IMG/VR virus record: IMGVR_UViG_3300001460_000004
Coordinates: 166,037-230,036 of that record
Strand: one strand, 5' to 3'
DNA: 64,000 bases
Positions 19,065 through 29,272 of the stretch are shown here, piece after piece. A model generated the notes under the pieces. It was not told where the DNA came from. It worked only from the letters and a program-made list of their open reading frames with translations, and did not search any database. A program made the translations under genes and the position numbers. Within the stretch, counting starts at the first letter, position 1, and each line of letters opens with the position of its first letter.

Positions 19065-19334
19065 ATGGTACAAATACAATCAACTGATTTAGAAAAGAAA
19101 AACCTGGAGGCTCATGTTGATTTATGTGCCGAGAGATACAAGTACTTGGAACAAGCATTAGCTCAAACTAATGCAGACATGCAAGAATTAAAAGTTATGA
19201 TGCAACAACTACATGAGTTGCAAATAGCTAGTAATTCAAAAAGCCTGGCTCGCATATGGCAAATTGGTGGTGGAACTATTGGTACATTACTAATTATAGT
19301 TGGATATCTTTTAACAACATACGTATTGGTATAA
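19065..19334 (+). CDS. Coiled-coil protein with C-terminal TM helix
   Basis: SD GGAG; heptad pattern followed by a hydrophobic tail. Confidence 0.7.
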   Translation: MVQIQSTDLEKKNLEAHVDLCAERYKYLEQALAQTNADMQELKVMMQQLHELQIASNSKSLARIWQIGGGTIGTLLIIVGYLLTTYVLV

Positions 19335-19339
19335 AACAC

Positions 19340-19774
19340 ATGAATAAACCTAAAGCGTTAGAAACTTTTTTTAGCAAACATCTGGGCTCAGTGATGCATA
19401 AAATTATCCTTCCTTTGGATGATAATTGCTATCGTGTGTATAAAGAATATATTTTAACAAAAGCCGGAGCTTCAAAGGTCACTATACGCAAATCTGGGCA
19501 TGATGTTCAAACATTTATTGATGCAAAAACTGCTATATCGTGGTGTGCATATGATAAGAAAAATAATTTTGTAGATGCAAGAATGGTACTACGACTTGAT
19601 AAAGATCGCCGACGTATACGAGATGATGTGTTTTTTAGTAACCAACAACTTAGAGTGTGCCCAAGCGAAGACCGCAAGTACACATTAGAACTAAAAACAC
19701 AACATAAGCAACGTCTATTGGATGGTGTAGAAAACCAGATAAATAAATTCGTAGATAAAGCTAAATACGTATAA
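19340..19774 (+). CDS. Hypothetical protein
   Basis: Start moved to ATG 19340 to avoid overlap with the upstream gene. Confidence 0.65.
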   Translation: MNKPKALETFFSKHLGSVMHKIILPLDDNCYRVYKEYILTKAGASKVTIRKSGHDVQTFIDAKTAISWCAYDKKNNFVDARMVLRLDKDRRRIRDDVFFSNQQLRVCPSEDRKYTLELKTQHKQRLLDGVENQINKFVDKAKYV

Positions 19775-19794
19775 TATATACAAAGGAATCGATT

Positions 19795-20661
19795 ATGAAA
19801 TTACACGAGTTAGATAACCCATCGCGTGTTGCAAACATTTCAAAAGTATTTGAATCACAGTATGGTGTGCCATTCAATGCAGAAAAACTTTCAACAAACA
19901 GCGCCAGGGCGTTACTTAAAAAAGTTCGTAAAACATTAGGTGAGCAACGTTCGCTAACTTCGTTTTACACTAGTCAAAACAATCCTAGTTATCTTAAACT
20001 AGTAATAATGGAACAAGCATTAGAACAGCACATTGACGAGGACGAAGGTCTTCCAATTGACATGAATGATCCAAAATTAAAACAAACCATGGACAAAGCC
20101 AAGCGTGGTTCCCAACTTAGTCCCGAAGAACAAAAAACTATGACAGCCGTTGCACTTGCACAAGGTGTTAAGAAAGAAAGTTCACATAGACAAAAACGCA
20201 TGGTTAAAGAAGGTGAAATGCAAGAAGCCCAGGTGGTACTTGCAGCACAGGATTTTGTTGATCGTATCCAAGACATGATTGAAGATGTTAGCTCAATGCA
20301 ATATAAAGATTTACCTGCATTAGTTGATACTATACGTGCTGATATTGGTGCTGATCAAGCTGCGGCATTTAACACTGCCTCCATTAACGGTCTTACAAGT
20401 TTGCTAGATTGTTTGCAAACCAGTAAAGTTGACCTTGAAGCTGCACAGTCTACTCTAACTGGTGATGATGTTATTATCCCAGGTGCCGAAGATGTTGCAC
20501 CAGATGTAGATGCTGAAGTAGATGCACTTGACATTGATGCAGAAGAAATTGATGTTGACGTTGATACTGACGGAGATGTTGCAGATATGGATGACACCGA
20601 AACAGTTGATGTTGATATTGACATTGACGATGTACAAGACGTTGGTAGAGAACGGAGGTAA
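19795..20661 (+). CDS. Putative prohead core/scaffold-like protein with acidic tail
   Basis: MKLHEL N-terminus, helical core, D/V/I-rich C-terminus. Confidence 0.5.
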   Translation: MKLHELDNPSRVANISKVFESQYGVPFNAEKLSTNSARALLKKVRKTLGEQRSLTSFYTSQNNPSYLKLVIMEQALEQHIDEDEGLPIDMNDPKLKQTMDKAKRGSQLSPEEQKTMTAVALAQGVKKESSHRQKRMVKEGEMQEAQVVLAAQDFVDRIQDMIEDVSSMQYKDLPALVDTIRADIGADQAAAFNTASINGLTSLLDCLQTSKVDLEAAQSTLTGDDVIIPGAEDVAPDVDAEVDALDIDAEEIDVDVDTDGDVADMDDTETVDVDIDIDDVQDVGRERR

Positions 20662-20667
20662 ACTTCA

Positions 20668-21000
20668 GTGTTTGCTCGTGAGATACTTGAAACTACATCA
20701 ACAGAAGTAGAACAGTTAGCAGCTATCACTCGATTCCTGATAGGTAGAGCTGACGATGAAATGGCTGAGAAAAAAATCTCAGTTGACGTATTGATTTCAC
20801 TAGCAAATGATTTTGGACTTCCTATAAACAAAAGACAATTGCGTGACTTATCCCAAAAACCTCCAATGGATAGCTTTATTCAAAAAATCACCAATGATGA
20901 AATTTTCTTTACTGGAGCAACACAAGATATGGATGATAACATGGATATTGATAAAGCTAGAGATACTGTAAAGAAGATGGCCAAACGTGCAGCAAAGTAA
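20668..21000 (+). CDS. Hypothetical (head-associated?) protein
   Basis: GTG start with SD GGAGG; begins MFAREILE. Confidence 0.6.
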   Translation: MFAREILETTSTEVEQLAAITRFLIGRADDEMAEKKISVDVLISLANDFGLPINKRQLRDLSQKPPMDSFIQKITNDEIFFTGATQDMDDNMDIDKARDTVKKMAKRAAK

Positions 21001-21011
21001 TATTTGCAAAA

Positions 21012-21629
21012 ATGTTTCAAAAATATCAGCTTACCCCAACTAACTTAGAACACGATTATCTTTGGTATAATAACAATTGCGGATGGGTAAGTGTTCCTAA
21101 AAATGCAAATATGATGATTCGTAATATTTGCGAACATTTCAACATGGATTATAAATTAAAATCTGTAGCAGAACGTCCTGTTGAAATGTTTTGTGTTGTA
21201 CGCAATCCATGGCTGCGTTTTGTAAGTGGCATGGCGGAGTGCTTGTATCGACGGCACAACGGAACTACTCGCACAAGTATGAATGAGTTGCTGTTAGCAA
21301 TAGATCAATTTTACGAAGAGCCACATTTGTTTGATGAACATTTAGAACCGCAAATTGCATATGTACACGGGTATACTTTTACTAAAATTGTAAAATTTGA
21401 AAACTTACTAAATGACTTATTAAAAGTTGAGTATTTAAACAAGGACAAATACTTAGTAGCAAGATATACAAACCCTAGTTTAACACAAGTGAGTAAATAC
21501 TTTAACAGTATACATCAAGTTGTCAAACAACATGAATTATTAATTAATAAAGTAATTGAAAAGTATTATGCACGTGATTATGAAATATGGCTTTGCCCGC
21601 CAGAATACGAAAACAAACTTATAACTTAA
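21012..21629 (+). CDS. Sulfotransferase family 2 protein
   Basis: VPKNAN and VVRNPWLRFVS 3'-phosphate-binding motif. Confidence 0.7.
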   Translation: MFQKYQLTPTNLEHDYLWYNNNCGWVSVPKNANMMIRNICEHFNMDYKLKSVAERPVEMFCVVRNPWLRFVSGMAECLYRRHNGTTRTSMNELLLAIDQFYEEPHLFDEHLEPQIAYVHGYTFTKIVKFENLLNDLLKVEYLNKDKYLVARYTNPSLTQVSKYFNSIHQVVKQHELLINKVIEKYYARDYEIWLCPPEYENKLIT

Positions 21630-21639
21630 AGGAGCACAC

Positions 21640-21972
21640 ATGTTTAAATTTACTAAGCCAGCATTATCGAGAATAGTTAATGCTATTGAAGGCACTGACT
21701 ACAAAGGTATTTTTGTAGATATTAAAAAAAGTGGTTGCACTGGATATAGATATGTGTTACAATATGTAGATACAGTTGATGCAGAATGGAGTAAAAGCAC
21801 TTCGGATGGCATTGACATTTATTGTGATAAAACACAATATTTTATTAATACTACTATTGACTATAAAAGTGATATCTTTAAGGAAGGTTTTGAATTTGTT
21901 AATCCTAATGAAAGTGCCCAATGTGGCTGTGGGGAGAGTGTAAACTTTGATATCCCATCGCTACGAGTATAA
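21640..21972 (+). CDS. iscA: A-type Fe-S cluster carrier (IscA/HesB family)
   Basis: SGCTGYRY and CGCGESV. Confidence 0.88.
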   Translation: MFKFTKPALSRIVNAIEGTDYKGIFVDIKKSGCTGYRYVLQYVDTVDAEWSKSTSDGIDIYCDKTQYFINTTIDYKSDIFKEGFEFVNPNESAQCGCGESVNFDIPSLRV

Positions 21973-22660
21973 AAATTTAACTAGAAAAAACGTTAACGGA
22001 CAAAGATTGTACAGTACACCAGACGGTGAAGCACTACCTAGTGTTACAACTATCCTTGATCGTACTAAACCTGAAGCTGCTAGGCAAGCACTAGCCAATT
22101 GGAAAAAACGTGTTGGTACAGTTAAAGCACAAGCAATTACAACTGAAGCTGCAAACCGCGGCACACGTATGCACACTTATCTTGAAAACTACGTTAAAGA
22201 CGACACACTCGGAGAACGTGGTACCAATCCATTTAGTTGGAGTAGCCATGCCATGGCACAGCAAGTGGTTGAAAAAGGGTTGCCCAAGGCAGATGAATAT
22301 TGGGGAGTAGAAGTACCTTTGTACTATCCCGGTGTATATGCAGGGACTACAGATCTAGTAGGAGTTCATCAAGGCAGTGATGCCATTATGGATTTTAAAC
22401 AAAGTAATAAACCTAAAAAAGAAGAATGGGTTGACGATTATAAACTACAACTTTGTGCTTATGCTGAGGCTCACAATCAAGTATACGGTACTAATATACG
22501 CAAAGGTGTAATACTAATGTGTGTAAAACCAGAAGTTGACGACAATATGAACATGATAACTGCTCCTGTTTATCAAGAATTTATTATTGAAGGTGAAGAG
22601 TTTGAACTGTGGCGTCAGCAATGGTGGAAGCGTGTTGAGAAGTACTATTTGGCTAAATAG
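21947..22660 (+). CDS. PD-(D/E)xK exonuclease
   Basis: LPSVTTIL, YAGTTD, DFKQS, QLCAYA; TTG start. Confidence 0.85.
   Translation: MISHRYEYKNLTRKNVNGQRLYSTPDGEALPSVTTILDRTKPEAARQALANWKKRVGTVKAQAITTEAANRGTRMHTYLENYVKDDTLGERGTNPFSWSSHAMAQQVVEKGLPKADEYWGVEVPLYYPGVYAGTTDLVGVHQGSDAIMDFKQSNKPKKEEWVDDYKLQLCAYAEAHNQVYGTNIRKGVILMCVKPEVDDNMNMITAPVYQEFIIEGEEFELWRQQWWKRVEKYYLAK
22654..22659 (+). promoter_or_regulatory. Late promoter TAAATA
   Basis: Upstream of structural gene 22692. Confidence 0.5.
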
Positions 22661-22691
22661 TATATAAGCATATGATTCAGGTGAAAAGACA

Positions 22692-24269
22692 ATGGCAATA
22701 ATTCAAATTAGTAAAATTACCAACCGTAAAGGGTTATACGAAAACCTACCACAACTTGGTGGGGCTGAATTTGGATGGGCAGTTGATTCACAACGCTTGT
22801 TTATAGGTAACGGCACACTAACTGAAGGTGCACCTGCTATAGGCAACACTGAAATACTTACTGAAGAAAGCGATATAACTGTATTAAGCAATTATGATTA
22901 TCGCGATATTGCAGTTGGTTACACTGCACAAACAGGCACAACAGCTAGTAGCCCAACTATACGAACGCTACAAGCTAAACTAGATGATCATGCAAGTGTT
23001 AGAGACTTTGGTGCTGTAGGTGACGGTGTTACTGACGATACTGCAGCAATTAACAGAGCATTGTACCAGTTATACTGTAGAGAAGCAACAAGCCAAGTTC
23101 GGCGTACATTGTTTTTTCCAGCTGGAACTTATCTTATTAGTGAAAGTTTATTAATTCCAACTTACGCAAGTTTGTTAGGAGAAGGCCTCAATCACAGTAT
23201 TATTTACATGGCTACTGATGCAACTCCTAGTTCAGTTAATGCATATGTTGCAAAGTTTGCAGACAGTTTGCAGCAAACAGGAGCAAATATTGGATCTAAT
23301 AGTGCAACAGCACCTACTAATATTGAAATTAGTAGTATGTCGTTTCAATCTACTGAAGCTAATGATGTATTTTTAATTGATCGTGCTACTAAATGTTGGT
23401 TCAACAGTGTTGAATTTAAAGGACCAGTTACGTTAACTCAAGTAACAGACAGCGGATCAACTGCACTAGATACCAAGCAAGCCGTTGTGTTTGATAGCAA
23501 TGCAAGCTATCCAATTGAAGATATTACTTTTGACAAATGTGTTTTTAGTAATATTAAAACAGGATTTGGAACCAGTGTACTAGCAAAGGCTGTTACTGTA
23601 AGCAATAGTAAATTTGAAACACTTGAATTAGGTGCAGTGCTTGGCGGCAGTGCAACTGGATTTAGATTTGTACACAATGCATTTAATAACGTTTACTCAC
23701 AAGGTATTAATTTTGGCGCTGCTAACTTAAATGTCAGTGCATACAACTTGTTTTTAAATGTCGGCGAAGCTATATCAAGTGGTAACCCGCAAACATCAAT
23801 TGTAGAATGGTCCAATGACAACAATCTAAGTTTAGGTGACTTGTTTGAACGCACAATTGCAGAAAGTGCCACACATCCTACTGTGTTAGCATCAGGTGCT
23901 GATGCTAGTACTGGACAAACTGCATTACACTTAGGACGTTTTACGCAAGAAAATGGTAAAACTTTTACCTTGACAGATAATACTAGTAATGCTACAATAT
24001 TTACAGTAGACACAACGTTTACTAAAGCATTTACTATGGCATACACTATTACTAGAAGCACAGACGTTAGACACGGTACAATGAGAGTTGTTGCTGGACC
24101 TGACGATAGTACTAACCCAGTTGTGTATGTTGACGACTACAGTGAAAATACCAATACTGGTGTAACACTATTTGCTTCACAAGCAAGTGATGTTATCACT
24201 ATAAAATACACAACCAATAGTAACACGTTTAACGGCACTTTAACTTATTCAATATCTAAATTACAGTAA
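22692..24269 (+). CDS. Tail/baseplate protein with pectate-lyase-like beta-helix
   Basis: SVRDFGAVGDGVTDDTAAI motif, LFFPAGTY, beta-helix repeats. Confidence 0.75.
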   Translation: MAIIQISKITNRKGLYENLPQLGGAEFGWAVDSQRLFIGNGTLTEGAPAIGNTEILTEESDITVLSNYDYRDIAVGYTAQTGTTASSPTIRTLQAKLDDHASVRDFGAVGDGVTDDTAAINRALYQLYCREATSQVRRTLFFPAGTYLISESLLIPTYASLLGEGLNHSIIYMATDATPSSVNAYVAKFADSLQQTGANIGSNSATAPTNIEISSMSFQSTEANDVFLIDRATKCWFNSVEFKGPVTLTQVTDSGSTALDTKQAVVFDSNASYPIEDITFDKCVFSNIKTGFGTSVLAKAVTVSNSKFETLELGAVLGGSATGFRFVHNAFNNVYSQGINFGAANLNVSAYNLFLNVGEAISSGNPQTSIVEWSNDNNLSLGDLFERTIAESATHPTVLASGADASTGQTALHLGRFTQENGKTFTLTDNTSNATIFTVDTTFTKAFTMAYTITRSTDVRHGTMRVVAGPDDSTNPVVYVDDYSENTNTGVTLFASQASDVITIKYTTNSNTFNGTLTYSISKLQ

Positions 24270-24281
24270 AAAGTAGTAAAA

Positions 24282-24704
24282 ATGATTTGGCAACAGTCAT
24301 ATGAAAAGCGTGTAGCTGCTTGGCAAGCTATGCGTTCAGAAATTCAAACTCTACCTTTTGAACAAATGCTTCAAACATGCAACGATTGGTGGTATACTGC
24401 GCCTTTGTATAGCAGATGGTTGTGGTATGAAGATTATAGCAATTGGCCAAATCCTTGGGAGTTGTTAGAAGAAAATAAAATATGCGAGTTATCTCGTGCT
24501 TTGGGAATGGTGTACACGTTGTTGCTTATTGACGAACAACTGGTGCACCAAATTTCAATTGATTATACCGGAAATGAATTTATTGTAAACGTAGAAAATG
24601 GGAAATATATATTGAATTGGTCTGACGAAAAGATAGTAAGTATTACATCGCTCGAAACAAACATACTACGTTCAATTAAAGCAACGTCCATTAAAAAAAT
24701 ATAA
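24282..24704 (+). CDS. Conserved phage hypothetical protein
   Basis: 140-aa Trp-rich ORF. Confidence 0.7.
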   Translation: MIWQQSYEKRVAAWQAMRSEIQTLPFEQMLQTCNDWWYTAPLYSRWLWYEDYSNWPNPWELLEENKICELSRALGMVYTLLLIDEQLVHQISIDYTGNEFIVNVENGKYILNWSDEKIVSITSLETNILRSIKATSIKKI

Positions 24705-24724
24705 AGAAGAAGTGGGAAGAGAAA

Positions 24725-27037
24725 ATGCAAAAATCACAAGTGTTAGTACAAAAACGTAATGGTGAAAAAGAAGAATTAGATATTGAAAAATTGCATAAAG
24801 TTGTGTTTTTTGCTTGTAATGGAATTACTGGGGTTAGTGCAAGCGAAGTTGAACTAAAAAGTCAAATTCAATTTTTTAATGGTATAAAAACTGCTGAAGT
24901 ACAAGAGACACTTATTAAAAGTGCTGCAGATCTTATTAGTGAAGAAACTCCTAACTATCAATATGTTGGAGGGCGTCTTGTTAATTATGCATTGCGTAAA
25001 GAAGTATATGGTGGATTTGAACCTTCTCATATTTTTCCATTGGTACAAAAAAATGTTTTGGACGGATATTACACACAAGACTTATTGGAAAAATACACTG
25101 AGAGTGATTGGGAGAAAATTAACAGCTATATCAAACACGATCGTGATGAAAATTTAACCTATGTTGCAATGGAGCAATTTAGAGGTAAGTACCTAGCACA
25201 GAATCGAGTTACAAAAGAAATACGTGAAACACCTCAAGTAACTTATATGTTGATTGCAGCTACATTGTTTGCTGACTACCCAGAAGAGACCCGCTTATCG
25301 TGGGTTAAAGATTATTATGATACTATTAGTTTACATCAAATTAGTTTGCCAACTCCTGTTATGGCCGGTGTGCGTACTCCACAAAAACAATTCAGCAGTT
25401 GCGTCCTTATTGAAACTGGCGATAGCCTTGATAGTATTAACGCTACTACTAGTAGCATCGTTAAGTACGTCAGTCAAAAAGCAGGAATTGGAATCGGAGC
25501 TGGTAGTATACGAGCTCTTGGAAGTCCCATACGTAAAGGTGACGCCTATCATACAGGAGTCATCCCATTTTATAAAATGTTCCAAAGTGCAACAAGGAGT
25601 TGTAGCCAAGGTGGTGTGCGAAACGGAGCAGCCACCTTATATTATCCCATATGGCATCTCGAAATAGAAGATTTGCTAGTACTTAAAAACAACAAAGGTA
25701 CAGAAGAAAATCGTGTACGGCACATGGACTATGGTGTACAGTTTAACAAACTAATGTATGAACGACTGTTAACTGGTGGAAACATTACACTGTTTAGTCC
25801 TCATGATACACCTGGATTATATGATGCATTTTTTGCTGATACTGAGGAATTTAAAAGGTTATACGAACAGTACGAACGGGCATACAGTATTAAAAAGAAA
25901 AGTGTACCCGCTATTGATTTGTTTACTTCGTTTATGCAAGAACGCAAAGATACCGGCCGCATATATTTGATGAATGTTGATCATGCAAATGATCACGGAA
26001 GTTTTATTAAAAAAGTAGCACCAATTAAACAAAGTAATTTGTGCTGTGAAATTAACTTACCAACCAAGCCTCTAAACGATATTAATGATGAGGATGGTGA
26101 GATTGCATTATGTACGTTGAGTGCAGTTAATTGGGGTGCTTTTAAATCACCAGAAGATATGGAAAAAGCATGCCGGATGGCAGTATATGGACTTGATGCA
26201 TTGTTATCGTATCAAGATTACCCAGTTAAGGCTGCACGTAACAGCACTAAAAAACGCCGTCCTCTTGGGGTTGGGATTATTAACTTAGCATATTGGCTTG
26301 CAAAACACGATTTAAATTATAGCAATAGTGCAAGTCTCAAAGAAGTAGATCGCTGGGCTCAGCACTGGAGTTATTATTTGATACAAGCAAGTGTTGAGTT
26401 GGCCGAGCGTGACGGTGCATGTTCTGGGAGTAATGAAACCAAGTATCACAGTGGTATTTTACCTGTGGACACGTATAAACCAGAAGTTGATAACTTATTA
26501 CCACACAAAGATGTAGTTGACTGGGAATCACTGAGACAACGATTGCGTAAAACTGGAATACGCAACAGCACGTTAATGGCACTTATGCCAGCTGAAACAA
26601 GTGCCCAAATTGCAAACGCAACCAATGGTATTGAGCCGCCACGTAGTTTTGTTAGTATTAAACAAAGTAAAGATGGTGTGCTTAAACAAGTTGTGCCTGA
26701 ATATCGTCGTTTAAAAAACAAATACGAATTGCTTTGGGATCACAGTAGTCCAGAAGGATATATGAATATTTGTGCTATACTACAAAAATACATTGACCAA
26801 GGTATATCAGTAAACACAAGTTACAATCCAGTGAACTATGAAGATGAAAAAATACCAACCAGTGTAATGCTAAAGCATATTATTGATTTTTACAAATATG
26901 GTGGCAAGCAACTTTATTATTTTCAAACTTTTGACGGACAAGGTGAAATAGATGTTGACAAAATGAATCAAATGCAGTATACTGAGTTAGAAGTAAACAA
27001 TCAAGATGAAGAGAATTGCGACAGTTGCGTTCTATGA
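24725..27037 (+). CDS. nrdA: Ribonucleotide reductase class Ia alpha subunit with ATP-cone
   Basis: VQKRNG ATP-cone, QFSSC, SNLCCEI, PAETS, C-terminal CDSC. Confidence 0.97.
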   Translation: MQKSQVLVQKRNGEKEELDIEKLHKVVFFACNGITGVSASEVELKSQIQFFNGIKTAEVQETLIKSAADLISEETPNYQYVGGRLVNYALRKEVYGGFEPSHIFPLVQKNVLDGYYTQDLLEKYTESDWEKINSYIKHDRDENLTYVAMEQFRGKYLAQNRVTKEIRETPQVTYMLIAATLFADYPEETRLSWVKDYYDTISLHQISLPTPVMAGVRTPQKQFSSCVLIETGDSLDSINATTSSIVKYVSQKAGIGIGAGSIRALGSPIRKGDAYHTGVIPFYKMFQSATRSCSQGGVRNGAATLYYPIWHLEIEDLLVLKNNKGTEENRVRHMDYGVQFNKLMYERLLTGGNITLFSPHDTPGLYDAFFADTEEFKRLYEQYERAYSIKKKSVPAIDLFTSFMQERKDTGRIYLMNVDHANDHGSFIKKVAPIKQSNLCCEINLPTKPLNDINDEDGEIALCTLSAVNWGAFKSPEDMEKACRMAVYGLDALLSYQDYPVKAARNSTKKRRPLGVGIINLAYWLAKHDLNYSNSASLKEVDRWAQHWSYYLIQASVELAERDGACSGSNETKYHSGILPVDTYKPEVDNLLPHKDVVDWESLRQRLRKTGIRNSTLMALMPAETSAQIANATNGIEPPRSFVSIKQSKDGVLKQVVPEYRRLKNKYELLWDHSSPEGYMNICAILQKYIDQGISVNTSYNPVNYEDEKIPTSVMLKHIIDFYKYGGKQLYYFQTFDGQGEIDVDKMNQMQYTELEVNNQDEENCDSCVL

Positions 27038-27051
27038 AAGCAGGATAAAAG

Positions 27052-28179
27052 ATGGCAGTATTAAATCTAAATAAAGGAAATGATCATACCCAAGCAAAAG
27101 CATTTCTTGATAGCAGTGGTAGTTTGGGATTTCAACGTTATGATACGTTGAAGTATCGTCAGTTTGATAAGTTAACTGACAAGCAATTAGGTTTCTTTTG
27201 GAGACCAGAAGAAATAGATGTAGGCAAGGATTCTAAAGACTTTAGGGATTTAACTGACCACGAGCAACACATTTTTACTAGTAATTTGAAACGTCAAATT
27301 GTATTAGACAGTGTACAAGGCCGCAGTCCTAATTTAGCATTTCTTCCAGTGTGTACACTACCTGAATTAGAAACATGGATTGAAACATGGGCATTTAGTG
27401 AAACAATTCATTCACGTAGCTATACACATATTATTCGTAATGTCTATACTGATCCTAGCAAAGTTTTTGATAATATGCTTGACATTGATCAAATTGTAGA
27501 GTGTGGTGAAGATATTAGTCAACACTATGACGATCTCATTGAAGCCACACAATGGTATCAATTGCTCGGTGAAGGCACACACAAAGTAAACGGTAAAAAA
27601 GTTGAAGTTGATTTGTATGACATTAAGAAAAAACTATGGCTTGCTATTAACAGTGTAAATGTTCTTGAAGGTATTCGTTTTTATGTGAGCTTTGCATGCA
27701 GTTGGGCATTTGCTGAACTCAAAAAGATGGAAGGAAATGCTAAAATTATTAAATTAATTGCACGTGATGAAAACTTACATTTAGCAAGTACACAACAATT
27801 AATGAAAGTACTTCCAACAGATGATCCAGACTTTGCTAAAATTGAAAACGAATTAAAAGATCAATGTACTAAATTGTATGTTGATGCGGTGGAACAAGAA
27901 AAAGAATGGGCCGATTATTTGTTTAAAGATGGCTCAATGATTGGGCTCAATGCGGAACTTCTCAATCAGTATATTGAATGGATTGCTCATAAACGTATGA
28001 CCGCTGTTGGACTTGAATCACCGTTTAAAGGGAGTAGTAATCCTTTACCTTGGACACAAAAATGGATTAGTGGTGGTGAAGTACAAGTAGCACCACAAGA
28101 AACTGAAATCACAAGCTACGTTATTGGCGGCACTAAACAAGATGTTACATCAGAAACACTTGCAGGATTAAGTTTATGA
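27052..28179 (+). CDS. nrdB: Ribonucleotide reductase class Ia beta subunit
   Basis: FWRPEE, ETIHSRSY, LEGIRFY, RDENLH. Confidence 0.97.
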   Translation: MAVLNLNKGNDHTQAKAFLDSSGSLGFQRYDTLKYRQFDKLTDKQLGFFWRPEEIDVGKDSKDFRDLTDHEQHIFTSNLKRQIVLDSVQGRSPNLAFLPVCTLPELETWIETWAFSETIHSRSYTHIIRNVYTDPSKVFDNMLDIDQIVECGEDISQHYDDLIEATQWYQLLGEGTHKVNGKKVEVDLYDIKKKLWLAINSVNVLEGIRFYVSFACSWAFAELKKMEGNAKIIKLIARDENLHLASTQQLMKVLPTDDPDFAKIENELKDQCTKLYVDAVEQEKEWADYLFKDGSMIGLNAELLNQYIEWIAHKRMTAVGLESPFKGSSNPLPWTQKWISGGEVQVAPQETEITSYVIGGTKQDVTSETLAGLSL

Positions 28180-28457
28180 CACTAATTGTCTATACTAAAC
28201 CACGTTGTGGATACTGTGATGCATCAAAAACATTACTCGATTCCCATGACATTGAATACTCTACTATTGATATAACTGAATATCCACAAGCAATGAATAT
28301 GCTGATGGAAGCAGGGCATCGAACTATGCCGCAAATTTACTGGAACGATCAAGTATTTGTTGAGGGTGGCTACAATGGGTTAAGTAAGTATACAGGCGCA
28401 GAATTACATGACAAAATTAATTTATTATCTGGAAACATTAACTTAGGATCATTATGA
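28176..28457 (+). CDS. Glutaredoxin
   Basis: CGYC active site, TMPQI, GGY; follows nrdB. Confidence 0.9.
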   Translation: MTLIVYTKPRCGYCDASKTLLDSHDIEYSTIDITEYPQAMNMLMEAGHRTMPQIYWNDQVFVEGGYNGLSKYTGAELHDKINLLSGNINLGSL

Positions 28458-28780
28458 AACTTCCAATAGAAAAAAACAACATTTATACATTTAAGAGTAC
28501 TACTGGCGAAGAGTTTATAGCTCGTGTCAAAAGCACAGGAAATGATTATATTGTTATTGATCAACCTATACAAACTGTACTCAATCAAGCAGGCTTACAG
28601 ATGGTGCCTAGTTTGTTTAGTAGCGATGCTGACAAACCTGTTACCATAAATACTAGTACCATCTCAATGGTAGCAACTGCAAGGCAAGATGTTGAATTAA
28701 GTTATATTGAAGCAACATCAGGTGTGGCAACTGCAAAAACAATAGAAACTGGACAAAAGAGCCCAATCTTACACGGTTAA
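28454..28780 (+). CDS. Sm-like fold hypothetical protein
   Basis: FKSTTGEEFIA...DQP beta pattern. Confidence 0.5.
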   Translation: MKLPIEKNNIYTFKSTTGEEFIARVKSTGNDYIVIDQPIQTVLNQAGLQMVPSLFSSDADKPVTINTSTISMVATARQDVELSYIEATSGVATAKTIETGQKSPILHG

Positions 28781-29002
28781 ATGGCACATAGGTTTGAAAT
28801 AGTAGTTAACGGATCAACCGTTGTTTATGACAATTATGATGATATACCTGAACAAATAGAAAGAGTAATATCATTTGATCCTGACATACCACCTGAACCT
28901 CACAGTGATGCACAACACCATGAAATTGACAAGTGGCCCGCTCGATTCCAGCGTTTAATGGAGAAAGAATATGCCTTCTGGCGCAAGTTTTATAACAGCT
29001 AA
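28781..29002 (+). CDS. Small conserved phage protein
   Basis: 73-aa ORF with PPEPH motif. Confidence 0.65.
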   Translation: MAHRFEIVVNGSTVVYDNYDDIPEQIERVISFDPDIPPEPHSDAQHHEIDKWPARFQRLMEKEYAFWRKFYNS

Positions 29003-29270
29003 GTGCGTTCCACATTGTAGTCCACTCACCGTTGCAGGGCCAGGCGCTAGCAGCGTACTTGTAAATGGAAAACCAGCTGCACGGGCAGGTGATAAGGTCA
29101 CTCCACATTTAAAACCAGCAGGCAGGAAGTGTAAACCACATGCTCCTGCTATTTCTAAAGGCAGTACATCTGTTATAGTTGAAGGTAAACCGTTTGCTAG
29201 GATTGGCGATACTATTGCCGGTTGTACAGCAATTGCCCAAGGCTCTCCTGATGTTATTGTAGGTGGATAA
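28971..29270 (+). CDS. PAAR-domain spike-tip protein
   Basis: VNGKPAARAGD, EGKPFARIGD, His/Cys Zn ligands. Confidence 0.9.
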   Translation: MPSGASFITAKCVPHCSPLTVAGPGASSVLVNGKPAARAGDKVTPHLKPAGRKCKPHAPAISKGSTSVIVEGKPFARIGDTIAGCTAIAQGSPDVIVGG

Positions 29271-29272
29271 CC

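Noticed and set aside
20355-20831. Long antisense ORFs in the track (for example 20355-20831, 32572-33021, 33148-33738, 42302-42760, 10014-10397)
   Set aside because: They lie wholly opposite well-supported genes, are Ser-rich mirrors of acidic or biased codons, and lack SD or promoter signals; treated as shadow ORFs.
24725-28179. Intron, intein or homing endonuclease in nrdA/nrdB (common in T4-like phages)
   Set aside because: Both ORFs are continuous and of normal length, with no splicing motifs; the same holds for the two helicases.
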